In this document: positions 1 through 10,161 of the stretch, one piece after another
How the letters are laid out: each line of letters begins with the position of its first letter
Numbering within the stretch: position 1 is the stretch's first letter
Assembly: GCA_029071325.1 (NCBI GenBank)
Contig: JAIEAP010000001.1
Span: 105,764-169,763 of the forward strand
Direction: 5' to 3'
DNA: 64,000 nt
DNA from: Lachnospiraceae bacterium
GTDB taxonomy: Bacteria > Bacillota > Clostridia > Lachnospirales > Lachnospiraceae
Notes under the pieces: generated by a model
Database searches by the model: none
The model's input: the letters and a program-made list of their open reading frames with translations, nothing else
Told to the model about the DNA's origin: nothing
Translations under genes and position numbers: made by a program

Positions 1-2
1 GT

Positions 3-1625
3 ATGGCGAAGGAGGATGAGGACTGCAGAGTATCTCTTGTCTATGCCTGTAAATATGATTTTGGAAACAGGCAGGAGACGGTTCCTATGAAACTGCGCTG
101 TATGGACCGGCTGTATCGGTATTATGAGATTGAGATGGAACTTACGGATGTGAGGCTTGCCTATATTTTTCAGATTGAGGAGCAAGGAAAGAGCTACTAT
201 TTCAGCGAGGACGGACTGACGGAGGAATATTGTTTTGCGGAAGGATTTTATAACTTCTTCCAGATGGCATATATTAATGCCAACGATGTGATGCCGGTGG
301 TAGACTGGATGCGGGATGCAGTGTTTTATCAGATCTTTGTGGAACGCTTTTGCCGGGGAAACATGGAAAAAGACGATTCTTACATCAACATGGCATGGGA
401 TGGCATACCCACTCCGAAGAGCTTTGCGGGGGGAGATCTGCGGGGCATCATAGACAGGATCGGATATCTGAAAGAACTGGGAGTGACAGCCATTTATTTA
501 ACGCCGGTATTTACCTCTGACTCTAACCACAAGTATGATACGAAGGATTACTTTATGGTAGATCCACGGTTTGGCAGTAACGAAGACCTGGTGGAGCTGG
601 TGAGAAAGGCGCATGAGGCAGGGATGAAGGTGCTGCTGGATGCGGTGTTCAATCACTGCAGTATGTATCTGGAACAATTTCAGGATGTCATGCGAAGGGG
701 CACAGATTCTGAGTATTATGACTGGTTTCTGATTGACGGGGATTTTCCGGAACCGGAGAAGATGAATTACGAATGCTTTGCAGGATGCAATTATATGCCC
801 AAGCTGAATACCGCGAACCGGGAGGTACAGAGCTTTCTGCTGGACATTGCGGGTTACTGGATGACGGAGGCGGATATCGACGGCTGGAGGCTGGATGTGT
901 CGGATGAGGTGTCTCATGATTTCTGGCGCAGATTCCGCAAGGCGGTGAAGCAGCAGAAGCCGGATGCTGTTATCATCGGAGAGAATTGGCATGACGCATA
1001 TCCGTACTTAAGAGGGGATCAGTATGACAGTATTATGAACTACGCTTTTACCAAGGCATGTCTGGATTATTTTGCCAGGGGAAAATTTGACGCGGAACAG
1101 ATGGCGGATAAACTGAATGGCAATTATATGCGCAATATGCGCCAGGTCAATGACATGATGCTGAATCTGCTGGATTCCCATGATACCCACCGTTTCTTTA
1201 CGGAGGTCGGCTGTGATAAGGATATCCTGCTTGCGGCGCTGGCACTGGAAATGGTGTATCCAGGAGCCCCCTGTATCTATTACGGCACAGAGGTGTGTAT
1301 GGAAGGGGGATTTGACCCGGATTCCCGAAGAGGATTTCCGTGGGATGAGACGGGATGGGATATCCATGTAGGGCGGCAGTTTAGGCAGATGACAAAAATG
1401 CGGAGCCGTGATACGATTCGCTTGGGAGAGGTTCGTATTACTGCGTGTCATGGACTGCTTACGGTAAGCCGCAGTTATGACAGAAGAATGCTGACGCTTT
1501 ACATCAACATGACAGACAGGAATGTGGTGCTGCCGCTTACGGATATTCTTCTGGCAAATCGTTATGAAGACGGAGCGTTGGAAACACATGGCTATGTGAT
1601 AGCGGAGAGAGAGGTAGAAGCATGA
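3..1625 (+). CDS. GH13 neopullulanase/cyclomaltodextrinase-type alpha-glycosidase (probably 5'-truncated by the window edge)
   Basis: GH13 motifs NHKYDT, DAVFNH, GWRLDVSDE, GENWHD, LLDSHD; no upstream context available. Confidence 0.9.
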   Translation: MAKEDEDCRVSLVYACKYDFGNRQETVPMKLRCMDRLYRYYEIEMELTDVRLAYIFQIEEQGKSYYFSEDGLTEEYCFAEGFYNFFQMAYINANDVMPVVDWMRDAVFYQIFVERFCRGNMEKDDSYINMAWDGIPTPKSFAGGDLRGIIDRIGYLKELGVTAIYLTPVFTSDSNHKYDTKDYFMVDPRFGSNEDLVELVRKAHEAGMKVLLDAVFNHCSMYLEQFQDVMRRGTDSEYYDWFLIDGDFPEPEKMNYECFAGCNYMPKLNTANREVQSFLLDIAGYWMTEADIDGWRLDVSDEVSHDFWRRFRKAVKQQKPDAVIIGENWHDAYPYLRGDQYDSIMNYAFTKACLDYFARGKFDAEQMADKLNGNYMRNMRQVNDMMLNLLDSHDTHRFFTEVGCDKDILLAALALEMVYPGAPCIYYGTEVCMEGGFDPDSRRGFPWDETGWDIHVGRQFRQMTKMRSRDTIRLGEVRITACHGLLTVSRSYDRRMLTLYINMTDRNVVLPLTDILLANRYEDGALETHGYVIAEREVEA

Positions 1626-3085
1626 AAAAACATGTTGCTTTTTTATTGGGTGTAGCGCTGTTGGCAGGCAGTATGACGGCATGTTCGGGCGGCGGGGGAG
1701 AAGATGAGCCGGAACAGAAAGCAGGCAGTACAGGCGGCAGCAGTGTATTTACCGGGGATCTGGAACAGAATGTGACCATTCGTGTTCTGGAAAATGACAC
1801 TGCGATTTCTAAGGGATATTTTGCAGAACTGATCGCAGCTTTTAACGAGGCGTATGCAGATGAAGGGATCGTGGCGGTAGACGCGAATATGGATCAGTAC
1901 CTGGATCTTGCCAATGACGGACCTTATGGGTATGGCCCGGATGTGCTGTATCAGGCCAATGATGTGGTGATGCAGTATGCGGAGGGCAAGCATATCTATC
2001 CTCTGCCCGTAGAAGAACTGGAGTGTTACGATCAGATACCCGAAGCGGCGTGGGCGGCGTATCGTACCGAGGTGGACGGCAATACCTATTATTGCGGCGT
2101 CCCGGTCAATGTGCAGGCGCCAATGCTGTATTACCGGAAGGATCTGCTTCCGGAGAATTGGGAGGAGGAGTGGGACGCCGACGGCAACCAGGTGCCGGAC
2201 ATGATAGAGAACTGGACCGATATGTATCGCTTTTCTATTAAACGGCATGAGCAGGACCCTTCCAAATACGGTTATATGAAATCACTTTATGACACATACT
2301 TTTCCGCAGGATTTCTGTTTACCTATGGGGGATATGTATTCGGAGATCACAATACGAACCCGGAGGATATTGGATTTTCCGCAGGAGAGGCAGAGAAAGG
2401 AGCGCAGGTACTCTCGCAGTTAGCGGGGGTTATGAACGAGGAGTGCATCGATGATACCATCACCAGCAATTGTTACAGCAAGCTGGCGGACGGCACTTAT
2501 TTTGCGACGCTGACAACGCCGGATGTATATTCCACCTTTTACGATGAATTGGTCATGGCTTATGAAGCGGAGGGTATGAGCAGTCAGGAGGCGAAGGCGG
2601 CTGCAGATGAGAATCTCATCATGACCACAGTGCCGGCGCTTCCCGAGAGCGGAGATCTGACGGAGGCTGATCCCGTACAGATTCCATCCAAGACCATGGG
2701 AGGCATTAACGGATATGCAATCAGCGCCTATACCAAATCACCCAATGCATGTCTTGCCTTTGTAGAATTTGCCACCGGATATGATAGGATCATGAAACGG
2801 TATGAGATGCTGGGCATCGCTCCTGCAAGAGAGGATGCGGCGCTTCAGGCGGGGGGTGTTTCTGCGGAGCTGTATGAGCGTCTGGAAAACGAGGATACCG
2901 TGCTGATGCCCTCTATCAAGGAGGTGGCGCAGATCTGGACTCCTGCACAGACCTTCTTTACAGATCTGGCGAAGGATGCTTTCCGCAGTGAAGCAGACAA
3001 GAAGTATCCGAACCTGTCCGCAATGAAGAGCGGGCTGGAACAGGTGGACGGTCAGATACATGATGCGATATTTACCCTGAAATAG
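1622..3085 (+). CDS. Maltose/maltodextrin ABC transporter substrate-binding lipoprotein
   Basis: Lipobox LLAGSMTAC; GPDV and GVP..VQAPMLYY motifs; operon with GH13 and permeases. Confidence 0.85.
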   Translation: MKKHVAFLLGVALLAGSMTACSGGGGEDEPEQKAGSTGGSSVFTGDLEQNVTIRVLENDTAISKGYFAELIAAFNEAYADEGIVAVDANMDQYLDLANDGPYGYGPDVLYQANDVVMQYAEGKHIYPLPVEELECYDQIPEAAWAAYRTEVDGNTYYCGVPVNVQAPMLYYRKDLLPENWEEEWDADGNQVPDMIENWTDMYRFSIKRHEQDPSKYGYMKSLYDTYFSAGFLFTYGGYVFGDHNTNPEDIGFSAGEAEKGAQVLSQLAGVMNEECIDDTITSNCYSKLADGTYFATLTTPDVYSTFYDELVMAYEAEGMSSQEAKAAADENLIMTTVPALPESGDLTEADPVQIPSKTMGGINGYAISAYTKSPNACLAFVEFATGYDRIMKRYEMLGIAPAREDAALQAGGVSAELYERLENEDTVLMPSIKEVAQIWTPAQTFFTDLAKDAFRSEADKKYPNLSAMKSGLEQVDGQIHDAIFTLK

Positions 3086-3101
3086 TCATTCGCAGGAAAG
3101 T

Positions 3102-4448
3102 GTGGTGGAGAAGGTGAAAAAAACGAAAATCAAGAAAAAAGAGGCGGGCTTCGGCACGCTCTTCAAAAAAGGAAGCAGTCAGGTGCACATGTCTATGGTG
3201 ATCATGGGAGCGGGGCAGTTCCGCTATGGGGCATATGCCAAGGGAGTCATGTTCTTCCTACTGGAGGCAGCGTCAATCTGGTATTTTATCAGTCGTGGTT
3301 TTAAGGATCTGCAGGGGTTCTTTACGCTGGGGGAGATTAAGGGGGATGCCTGGTTGGGAGTGGCAGGGGACAACTCCGTGATCATGCTCCTGATGGGTAT
3401 CCTGGCGTGGATCATATTGGCGGCTTTTATTTATCTGTATCGGCTAAATGTCAGGGATGCATGGCTGATGCAGCAGCGCGTGGAGCAGGGGAAAACCGTA
3501 CGCAGCTTCCGGGAAGAGGCATTGCAGCTTCTGGATAAGAAATTCTATATTACGGTGCTGGTGCTTCCGGTAGTGGGGGTATGTGTATTTAATATCCTGC
3601 CGATTGTATTTATGGTGCTGATCGCGTTTACCAATTACGGAGGAAACATCGTGCCGCCGGAGCTGGTGGACTGGGTGGGATTTGCAAACTTTGGAAAGCT
3701 TATGACGCTGGCGCAGTTTGCGCCTACGTTCTTTCGCATACTGGGCTGGAATCTGCTCTGGGCAGTGCTGTCCACAGCGCTCAATTACTTTGCCGGGCTG
3801 GGGCTTGCGCTGCTGCTGGATAAGAAGTGCGTGAAGGGTAAGGTGGTATGGCGTGCCTTTCCGGTGCTTGCATACGCAATTCCGGGCTTTATTACCCTGC
3901 TGGCGTTCAAATTCATGTTCTCCTACGGCGGTCCCATCAATCAGATGATCACCGCTGCGGGAGGAACGGCAGTGGGATTTCTGGATCTGGATGCCAAGTG
4001 GTCGGCGCGACTGATCGGGCTTCTGGTGAACTGTTGGATCAGTACGCCTTCCATTATGCTGCTGGCTACGGGGATTCTGTCTAACAGGGACGAATCTCTC
4101 TACGAGGCGGCAAGGATCGACGGCGCTACGCGGTTTGCACAGTTTCGTAAGCTGACCCTGCCCTTTGTGCTGTTTTCCACGATGCCTGTGCTGATTTCAC
4201 AGTTTGTGGGAAACTTCAATAACTTCGGCATTTTCTATTTCCTGAGAGGCGGACTGTACATGGATGGCTATTTCCTGGCCAGCGATACGGATCTACTGAT
4301 CAATTGGCTGTATAACCTGTCCATTGACAACAACTATTACTCCATCGGTGCAGCCATCAGCCTTGTGATATTCCTGATCACATCCGTGCTGTCCCTTGTG
4401 GTATATATGAGATCCCCATCCTATCGAGAGGAGGACACATTCCAATGA
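3102..4448 (+). CDS. Sugar ABC permease, MalF/MalC type
   Basis: Multiple TM helices; EAA loop LYEAARIDGA. Confidence 0.9.
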   Translation: MVEKVKKTKIKKKEAGFGTLFKKGSSQVHMSMVIMGAGQFRYGAYAKGVMFFLLEAASIWYFISRGFKDLQGFFTLGEIKGDAWLGVAGDNSVIMLLMGILAWIILAAFIYLYRLNVRDAWLMQQRVEQGKTVRSFREEALQLLDKKFYITVLVLPVVGVCVFNILPIVFMVLIAFTNYGGNIVPPELVDWVGFANFGKLMTLAQFAPTFFRILGWNLLWAVLSTALNYFAGLGLALLLDKKCVKGKVVWRAFPVLAYAIPGFITLLAFKFMFSYGGPINQMITAAGGTAVGFLDLDAKWSARLIGLLVNCWISTPSIMLLATGILSNRDESLYEAARIDGATRFAQFRKLTLPFVLFSTMPVLISQFVGNFNNFGIFYFLRGGLYMDGYFLASDTDLLINWLYNLSIDNNYYSIGAAISLVIFLITSVLSLVVYMRSPSYREEDTFQ

Positions 4449-5284
4449 GAAATAAAATCAAATGGTCCAGAGCACTGGATACGGGAATTACTTACCTGTT
4501 GCTGATGGCAGTGGCATTTGTCTTTTTCTTTCCCTGCCTGTGGCTGATCCTTGCATCCTTTTCCAAGTCTGGAACGATCTATTCTTTTCAGGGATTTTTC
4601 CCGCAGGAGTACAGCTTTGCCAGCTTCCAGAAGCTGTTTATGGACACAACCATGTATAATTACCCCAAATGGTTTCTCAACACACTGTTTGTGGCGGTGG
4701 GCAGTTGTCTCTTAGGAACCTTTCTGACCATCCTGACAGCATACACCATGTCCCGATTTCAGTTTAAGATGCGAAAACCAATCATGAAGACTACCATGGT
4801 GCTTGGCATGTTTCCGTCCTTTATGGGGATGATCGCGGTCTATCTGCTGATGACGCAGTTCAATCTCATCAACCATCTGTGGGGGCTGATTTTGATCTAT
4901 GCGGCAGGCGCGCCTATGGGGTATCTGACCCAGAAAGGATTCTTTGATACGATACCAAAGGCCATTGATGAGGCTGCGAGGATTGACGGTGCCACGAATT
5001 TCCAGGTATTCACGAAGATTAATCTGCCCCTGTCCAAGCCCATCATCGTCTACACGGCGCTGACTTCTTTTACCTGGCCCTGGAGCGATTTCATCCTGCC
5101 GAAGCTTCTGCTGAAGGAGAAGAATCTCTATACGGTAGCGGTAGGGCTCATGAGCTTAGATGAGACAGAGTTTGCCCGCTTTGCGGCAGGGAGCGTGTTC
5201 ATTGCGATTCCTATCGTTATCTTGTATTTCTTCCTGGTGAAGTATATGGTAAACGGAATGGCAGCAGGCGCGGTGAAGGGATAG
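4445..5284 (+). CDS. Sugar ABC permease, MalG/MalD type
   Basis: EAA loop IDEAARIDGA; C-terminal GAVKG. Confidence 0.9.
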   Translation: MRNKIKWSRALDTGITYLLLMAVAFVFFFPCLWLILASFSKSGTIYSFQGFFPQEYSFASFQKLFMDTTMYNYPKWFLNTLFVAVGSCLLGTFLTILTAYTMSRFQFKMRKPIMKTTMVLGMFPSFMGMIAVYLLMTQFNLINHLWGLILIYAAGAPMGYLTQKGFFDTIPKAIDEAARIDGATNFQVFTKINLPLSKPIIVYTALTSFTWPWSDFILPKLLLKEKNLYTVAVGLMSLDETEFARFAAGSVFIAIPIVILYFFLVKYMVNGMAAGAVKG

Positions 5285-5301
5285 ACAGGAAAATTTTCGA
5301 C

Positions 5302-5347
5302 AAATTGGGCTGCCTGTATTGCTTGTCACAGGGCAGCCCGATTTTTG
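5302..5347 (+). terminator. Intrinsic terminator of the maltodextrin operon
   Basis: Stem ttgggctgcc/ggcagcccga followed by a T run. Confidence 0.75.
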
Positions 5348-5557
5348 AAATTTTAGGTTGAAAAAACCGACGGGTTGTGATAAAATTTTTACAATTTAGG
5401 GTGCTTGCGGAAAATGGCAGCATTGCGGCGCGCACTTTGGCGCATATTTTATGGAAAAAGAGATTATCTGCCTCTTTTTTTTTGCGCAGGTGCGGGAGAC
5501 AAGCCTTAAAAATACAGGAAACTGGGCATATACAAATGGAAAGGACAGGGTGAATCA

Positions 5558-6628
5558 ATGAAAGCGTTTCTAATACTGGAAGATGGGACGGTCTTTACCG
5601 GACAGAGCATCGGCTCCACGCGGGAGGTCATCAGTGAGATCGTATTTAATACTTCCATGACCGGGTATCTGGAGGTGTTGACCGATCCGTCCTACGCGGG
5701 ACAGGCGGTAGTCATGACATATCCTCTGATCGGAAATTACGGGATCACGCCGGATATGGAGTCATCCCGCCCCTGGGTGGACGGTTATATTGTCCGTGAG
5801 CTTTCCAGGATGCCCAGCAACTTCCGCTGCGAAGGCACCATACAGGATTTCCTGGCAAAATATGATATTCCCGGTATTGCGGGGATTGATACCAGAGCGC
5901 TGACCAAGATCCTTCGGGAGAAGGGCACCATGAACGGCATGATCACCACGGATGAATCGTATGACATGGAGGATGTGATCCGGCGGCTGAAGGAATATAC
6001 CACCGGAAACGTAGTGGACAAGGTGTCCTGTACGGAAAAGCGCGTTCTTCACGGAAAAGGGAAGAAAGTAGCGCTTCTTGATCTGGGAGCGAAAAATAAT
6101 ATTGCCGATTCCCTGCACAAAAGAGGCTGTGAGGTCACGGTCTATCCGGCACACACCACTGCGGAGGAGATACTGGCGTCACATCCCGACGGTATTATGC
6201 TCAGCAACGGACCGGGGGACCCCAAAGAATGTACGGCAATCATCGAAGAGATCCGCAAGTTGTATGAGTCCGACACACCGATTTTTGCCATTTGTCTGGG
6301 ACATCAGCTCATGGCGCTGGCAACCGGAGCGGATACCTACAAGCTCAAATACGGCCACCGCGGGGGCAACCATCCGGTGAAGGATCTGAAGACGAATCAT
6401 GTATATATCTCCAGTCAGAACCACGGCTATGCGGTAAACGGAGATACGTTAGCCCCGAACGTGGCGAAGACGGCTTTTATCAATGTCAACGACGGTACCA
6501 ACGAAGGGCTGGAGTACATCGGCAAGAATATTTTCACGGTGCAGTTTCATCCGGAAGCATGTCCGGGACCGCAGGATTCTGCGTATCTGTTTGACCGGTT
6601 TATAGAGATGATGGGAGGAAATCAGTAA
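5558..6628 (+). CDS. carA: Carbamoyl-phosphate synthase small subunit
   Basis: LSNGPGDP, ICLGHQ, SQNHG and QFHPEA motifs. Confidence 0.97.
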   Translation: MKAFLILEDGTVFTGQSIGSTREVISEIVFNTSMTGYLEVLTDPSYAGQAVVMTYPLIGNYGITPDMESSRPWVDGYIVRELSRMPSNFRCEGTIQDFLAKYDIPGIAGIDTRALTKILREKGTMNGMITTDESYDMEDVIRRLKEYTTGNVVDKVSCTEKRVLHGKGKKVALLDLGAKNNIADSLHKRGCEVTVYPAHTTAEEILASHPDGIMLSNGPGDPKECTAIIEEIRKLYESDTPIFAICLGHQLMALATGADTYKLKYGHRGGNHPVKDLKTNHVYISSQNHGYAVNGDTLAPNVAKTAFINVNDGTNEGLEYIGKNIFTVQFHPEACPGPQDSAYLFDRFIEMMGGNQ

Positions 6629-9600
6629 TGCCAAAGAATCAGGATATCAAAAAAGTATTAGTGATCGGTTCCGGTCCCATTGTGATCGGGCAGGCTGCGG
6701 AATTTGACTATGCCGGGACGCAGGCGTGCCGTTCCTTAAAGGAAGAGGGCGTTGAGGTGGTGCTGGTGAACTCTAATCCGGCCACCATTATGACGGACAA
6801 GGAGATTGCGGACGAGGTATACATAGAGCCTCTCACTGCCAAGGTGTTAGAGCAGATCATCATAAAGGAAAAGCCGGACAGCGTTCTGCCCACTCTGGGC
6901 GGTCAGGCGGGTCTGAACTTAGGGATGGAGCTGGCGGAGTCGGGCTTCTTAAAGGAGCACGGCGTGAAGCTGATCGGAACTACGGTAGAGACCATCTTCA
7001 AGGCAGAGGACCGTCAGGCGTTCAAAGATACCATGGAGAAGATAGGGGAACCCTGTGCGCCGTCCCTTGTAGTTCATAATGTAGAAGACGGAATCAAATT
7101 CACCAATACCATCGGCTATCCGGTGGTGCTGCGCCCTGCGTACACTCTGGGGGGAAGCGGCGGCGGTATCGCGCATAACGAGACAGAGCTTATCGATATC
7201 CTGACCAACGGTCTGCGTTTAAGCCGCGTGGGAGAGGTGCTGGTAGAGCGTTGTATCGCGGGCTGGAAGGAAATCGAGTACGAGGTCATGCGGGATGCAA
7301 ACGGCAACTGCATTACCGTATGTAATATGGAAAATATTGATCCGGTGGGCGTTCATACCGGAGACTCTATCGTGGTGGCTCCCTCTCAGACACTGGGGGA
7401 CAAGGAGTACCAGATGCTGCGTACCTCCGCCCTGAATATCATTTCTGAACTGAATATCACCGGAGGCTGCAACGTGCAGTATGCGTTGCATCCGGAGACC
7501 TTTGAATACTGTGTCATCGAGGTAAATCCCCGTGTGTCCCGTTCTTCCGCCCTGGCATCCAAGGCGACAGGATATCCTATTGCCAAGGTGGCGGCGAAAA
7601 TTGCACTGGGTTATACGCTGGATGAGATCAAAAACGCCATTACCGGCAAGACCTACGCCAGCTTTGAACCTATGCTGGATTACTGTGTGGTAAAAATCCC
7701 CAGACTTCCTTTTGATAAGTTTATCACTGCAAAACGTACTCTGACCACCCAGATGAAGGCGACGGGAGAGGTCATGAGCATCTGTGATAACTTTGAGGGC
7801 GCACTGATGAAGGCGATCCGCTCCTTAGAGCAGCATGTGGACAGCCTTCTGTCCTATGACTTTACGGACCTTACGGATGAGCAGCTCTTAAAGCAGCTTG
7901 CCGTGGTGGATGACCGCCGGATATGGGTGATCGCAGAGGCGCTGCGCAGAGGCATGTCTTATGACAAGATTCATGACATTACCCTGATCGACAAATGGTT
8001 TATTGATAAGCTTGCCATTCTGGTAGAGATGGAGGAGCGCCTTGGCAGGGAGTCTCTGACCGTAGAGCTTTTGAAAGAAGCAAAGCGTATCGAATTCCCC
8101 GACAGTGTGATCGCATCCTTAAGCGGCAGGAGCGAGGCGGAGATTCACGATATGCGTTATGAGCACGGCATCGTGGCTGCGTTTAAGATGGTAGATACCT
8201 GTGCGGCAGAGTTTGCGGCGACTACGCCGTATTACTATTCGGTATTCGGCAGTGAGAACGAGGCGGAACAGACCACACCGAAGAAGAAGGTTCTGGTGTT
8301 GGGCTCCGGTCCGATCCGCATCGGGCAGGGAATCGAGTTCGATTACTGCTCTGTACACAGTACATGGGCATTTTCCAAAGAAGGCTGGGAGACCGTCATT
8401 GTCAATAACAATCCGGAGACCGTGTCCACTGACTTTGATATTGCGGATAAGCTGTATTTCGAGCCGCTGACCCCAGAGGATGTGGAGGCCATCGTAAAGC
8501 TGGAACGTCCGGATGGAGCTGTGGTGCAGTTTGGCGGGCAGACTGCCATTAAATTGACGGAGAGCCTTATGAAAATGGGCGTGAAGATACTGGGAACCAA
8601 AGCGGAGGATGTGGATGCCGCTGAGGACCGGGAGCTATTCGATAAGATACTGGAGCAGACCGGGATTCCCCGCGCGGCAGGCGGAACCGTCTATACTGCA
8701 GAGGAGGCAAAGGAAGTAGCGGCGCGTCTGGGTTATCCGGTGCTGGTGCGTCCGTCCTATGTGCTGGGCGGTCAGGGCATGAAGATTGCCTATAACGATG
8801 AGGAGATCGAAGAATTTATTGGAATCATCAACCGTATCGCCCAGGATCACCCGATCCTGGTAGATAAATACCTGATGGGCAAGGAAATTGAGGTGGATGC
8901 GGTATGCGACGGCACCGATATCCTGATTCCGGGAATCATGGAGCATATTGAGCGCACCGGCGTTCATTCGGGAGACAGTATTTCTGTGTATCCTGCTCCC
9001 ACCATCAGCGATAAGGTGCGGGATATGCTGGTAGAGTACACCAGGCGTCTGGCACAGGCGCTTCATGTAGTGGGACTTATCAATATCCAGTTTATCGTAG
9101 TGGATGATGAGGTGTATGTGATTGAGGTAAATCCGCGCTCCTCCAGAACCGTACCTTATATCAGTAAGGTAACGGGGATTCCGATTGTAGACCTTGCGAC
9201 AAAGGTTATCATCGGAAATACTCTGCGGGATATGGGCTATACGCCGGGGCTGGCTCCAGCGGCAGACTATATCGCAATTAAAATGCCGGTGTTCTCTTTT
9301 GAGAAGCTCCGGGGTGCAGAGATCAGTCTGGGACCGGAGATGAAGTCTACCGGTGAGTGCCTGGGAATTGCAAAGGCCTTTGACGAGGCGCTGTATAAAG
9401 CGTTCCTTGGCGCGGGTGTGACGCTGCCGAAGCATAAACAGATGATCATGACGGTAAAGGATGCGGACAAGCCGGAATCTGTGGATGTGGCAAAGCGTTT
9501 TGCCGCACTGGGCTATAAGATATATGCCACCAGAAGCACAGCCAAATATCTGAAGGAGCATGGTGTGGACGCTCTGCGTGTCAACAAGATATCCCAGGAA

Positions 9601-9834
9601 TCTCCCAATGTGATGGATCTGATTTTAGGACACAAGATTGATTTGGTCATTGACACGCCCACTCAGGGAAACGGCGATAAGAACCGTGACGGATTCCTGA
9701 TCCGGCGGAATGCCATCGAGACCGGTGTGTACTGCATTACGGCTATGGATACGGCTAATGCCCTTGCCACCAGTTTGGAGAACGCACAGGAAGAACTGAC
9801 ACTGGTTGACATCGCAACGGTAAAGAATCTGTAG
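6628..9834 (+). CDS. carB: Carbamoyl-phosphate synthase large subunit
   Basis: GSGPIVIGQAAEFDY; duplicated ATP-grasp halves; MGS C-terminus. Confidence 0.98.
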   Translation: MPKNQDIKKVLVIGSGPIVIGQAAEFDYAGTQACRSLKEEGVEVVLVNSNPATIMTDKEIADEVYIEPLTAKVLEQIIIKEKPDSVLPTLGGQAGLNLGMELAESGFLKEHGVKLIGTTVETIFKAEDRQAFKDTMEKIGEPCAPSLVVHNVEDGIKFTNTIGYPVVLRPAYTLGGSGGGIAHNETELIDILTNGLRLSRVGEVLVERCIAGWKEIEYEVMRDANGNCITVCNMENIDPVGVHTGDSIVVAPSQTLGDKEYQMLRTSALNIISELNITGGCNVQYALHPETFEYCVIEVNPRVSRSSALASKATGYPIAKVAAKIALGYTLDEIKNAITGKTYASFEPMLDYCVVKIPRLPFDKFITAKRTLTTQMKATGEVMSICDNFEGALMKAIRSLEQHVDSLLSYDFTDLTDEQLLKQLAVVDDRRIWVIAEALRRGMSYDKIHDITLIDKWFIDKLAILVEMEERLGRESLTVELLKEAKRIEFPDSVIASLSGRSEAEIHDMRYEHGIVAAFKMVDTCAAEFAATTPYYYSVFGSENEAEQTTPKKKVLVLGSGPIRIGQGIEFDYCSVHSTWAFSKEGWETVIVNNNPETVSTDFDIADKLYFEPLTPEDVEAIVKLERPDGAVVQFGGQTAIKLTESLMKMGVKILGTKAEDVDAAEDRELFDKILEQTGIPRAAGGTVYTAEEAKEVAARLGYPVLVRPSYVLGGQGMKIAYNDEEIEEFIGIINRIAQDHPILVDKYLMGKEIEVDAVCDGTDILIPGIMEHIERTGVHSGDSISVYPAPTISDKVRDMLVEYTRRLAQALHVVGLINIQFIVVDDEVYVIEVNPRSSRTVPYISKVTGIPIVDLATKVIIGNTLRDMGYTPGLAPAADYIAIKMPVFSFEKLRGAEISLGPEMKSTGECLGIAKAFDEALYKAFLGAGVTLPKHKQMIMTVKDADKPESVDVAKRFAALGYKIYATRSTAKYLKEHGVDALRVNKISQESPNVMDLILGHKIDLVIDTPTQGNGDKNRDGFLIRRNAIETGVYCITAMDTANALATSLENAQEELTLVDIATVKNL

Positions 9835-9876
9835 GTGTGGATATACTCACAAAAGATGATCGAATAGAAAGAAAAG

Positions 9877-9906
9877 GAGGTCGGCTTATGCAGCCGGCCT
9901 CTGTTT
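9877..9906 (+). terminator. Terminator after carB
   Basis: gaggtcggct-tatgc-agccggcctc then a T-rich tail. Confidence 0.65.
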
Positions 9907-10161
9907 GTATCTGCCGGTCAGATTTTGTAATATATTCATCTGACCATTGGATTTTATATTTTCGGAGGGCTGGACAGTTCTGTGGCAGCGTGCTATATTG
10001 AAAAGTATCTACTGAATAGTTACTGTTCCTTTCCGGGGGAAATCGACTCCGGTAATCCGAACGAACAAAGGTTCCGGAAGATCATCTTATCATAAAGTTT
10101 GGGATTTTTGATATCGGATGTGTGAATCATTTAAAAGAGGTGTACAATAGGGAGGGTTTCT

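Noticed and set aside
5350-5557. PyrR site, ARG box or riboswitch upstream of carA
   Set aside because: No PyrR-type TCCAGAGAGG loop; the hairpin at 5455-5483 is a weak A/T stem; the TTGT..ACAA palindrome is too loose to assign
10011-10023. actgaatagttac resembles a family B terminus
   Set aside because: No convincing partner inverted repeat or internal double hairpin; at most a solo remnant
10007-10160. c-di-GMP or c-di-AMP riboswitch in the long leader of the hybrid kinase
   Set aside because: Only scattered fragments (ctgaat, cggggga, tgaatc); the conserved cores of c-di-GMP-I/II and ydaO were not found
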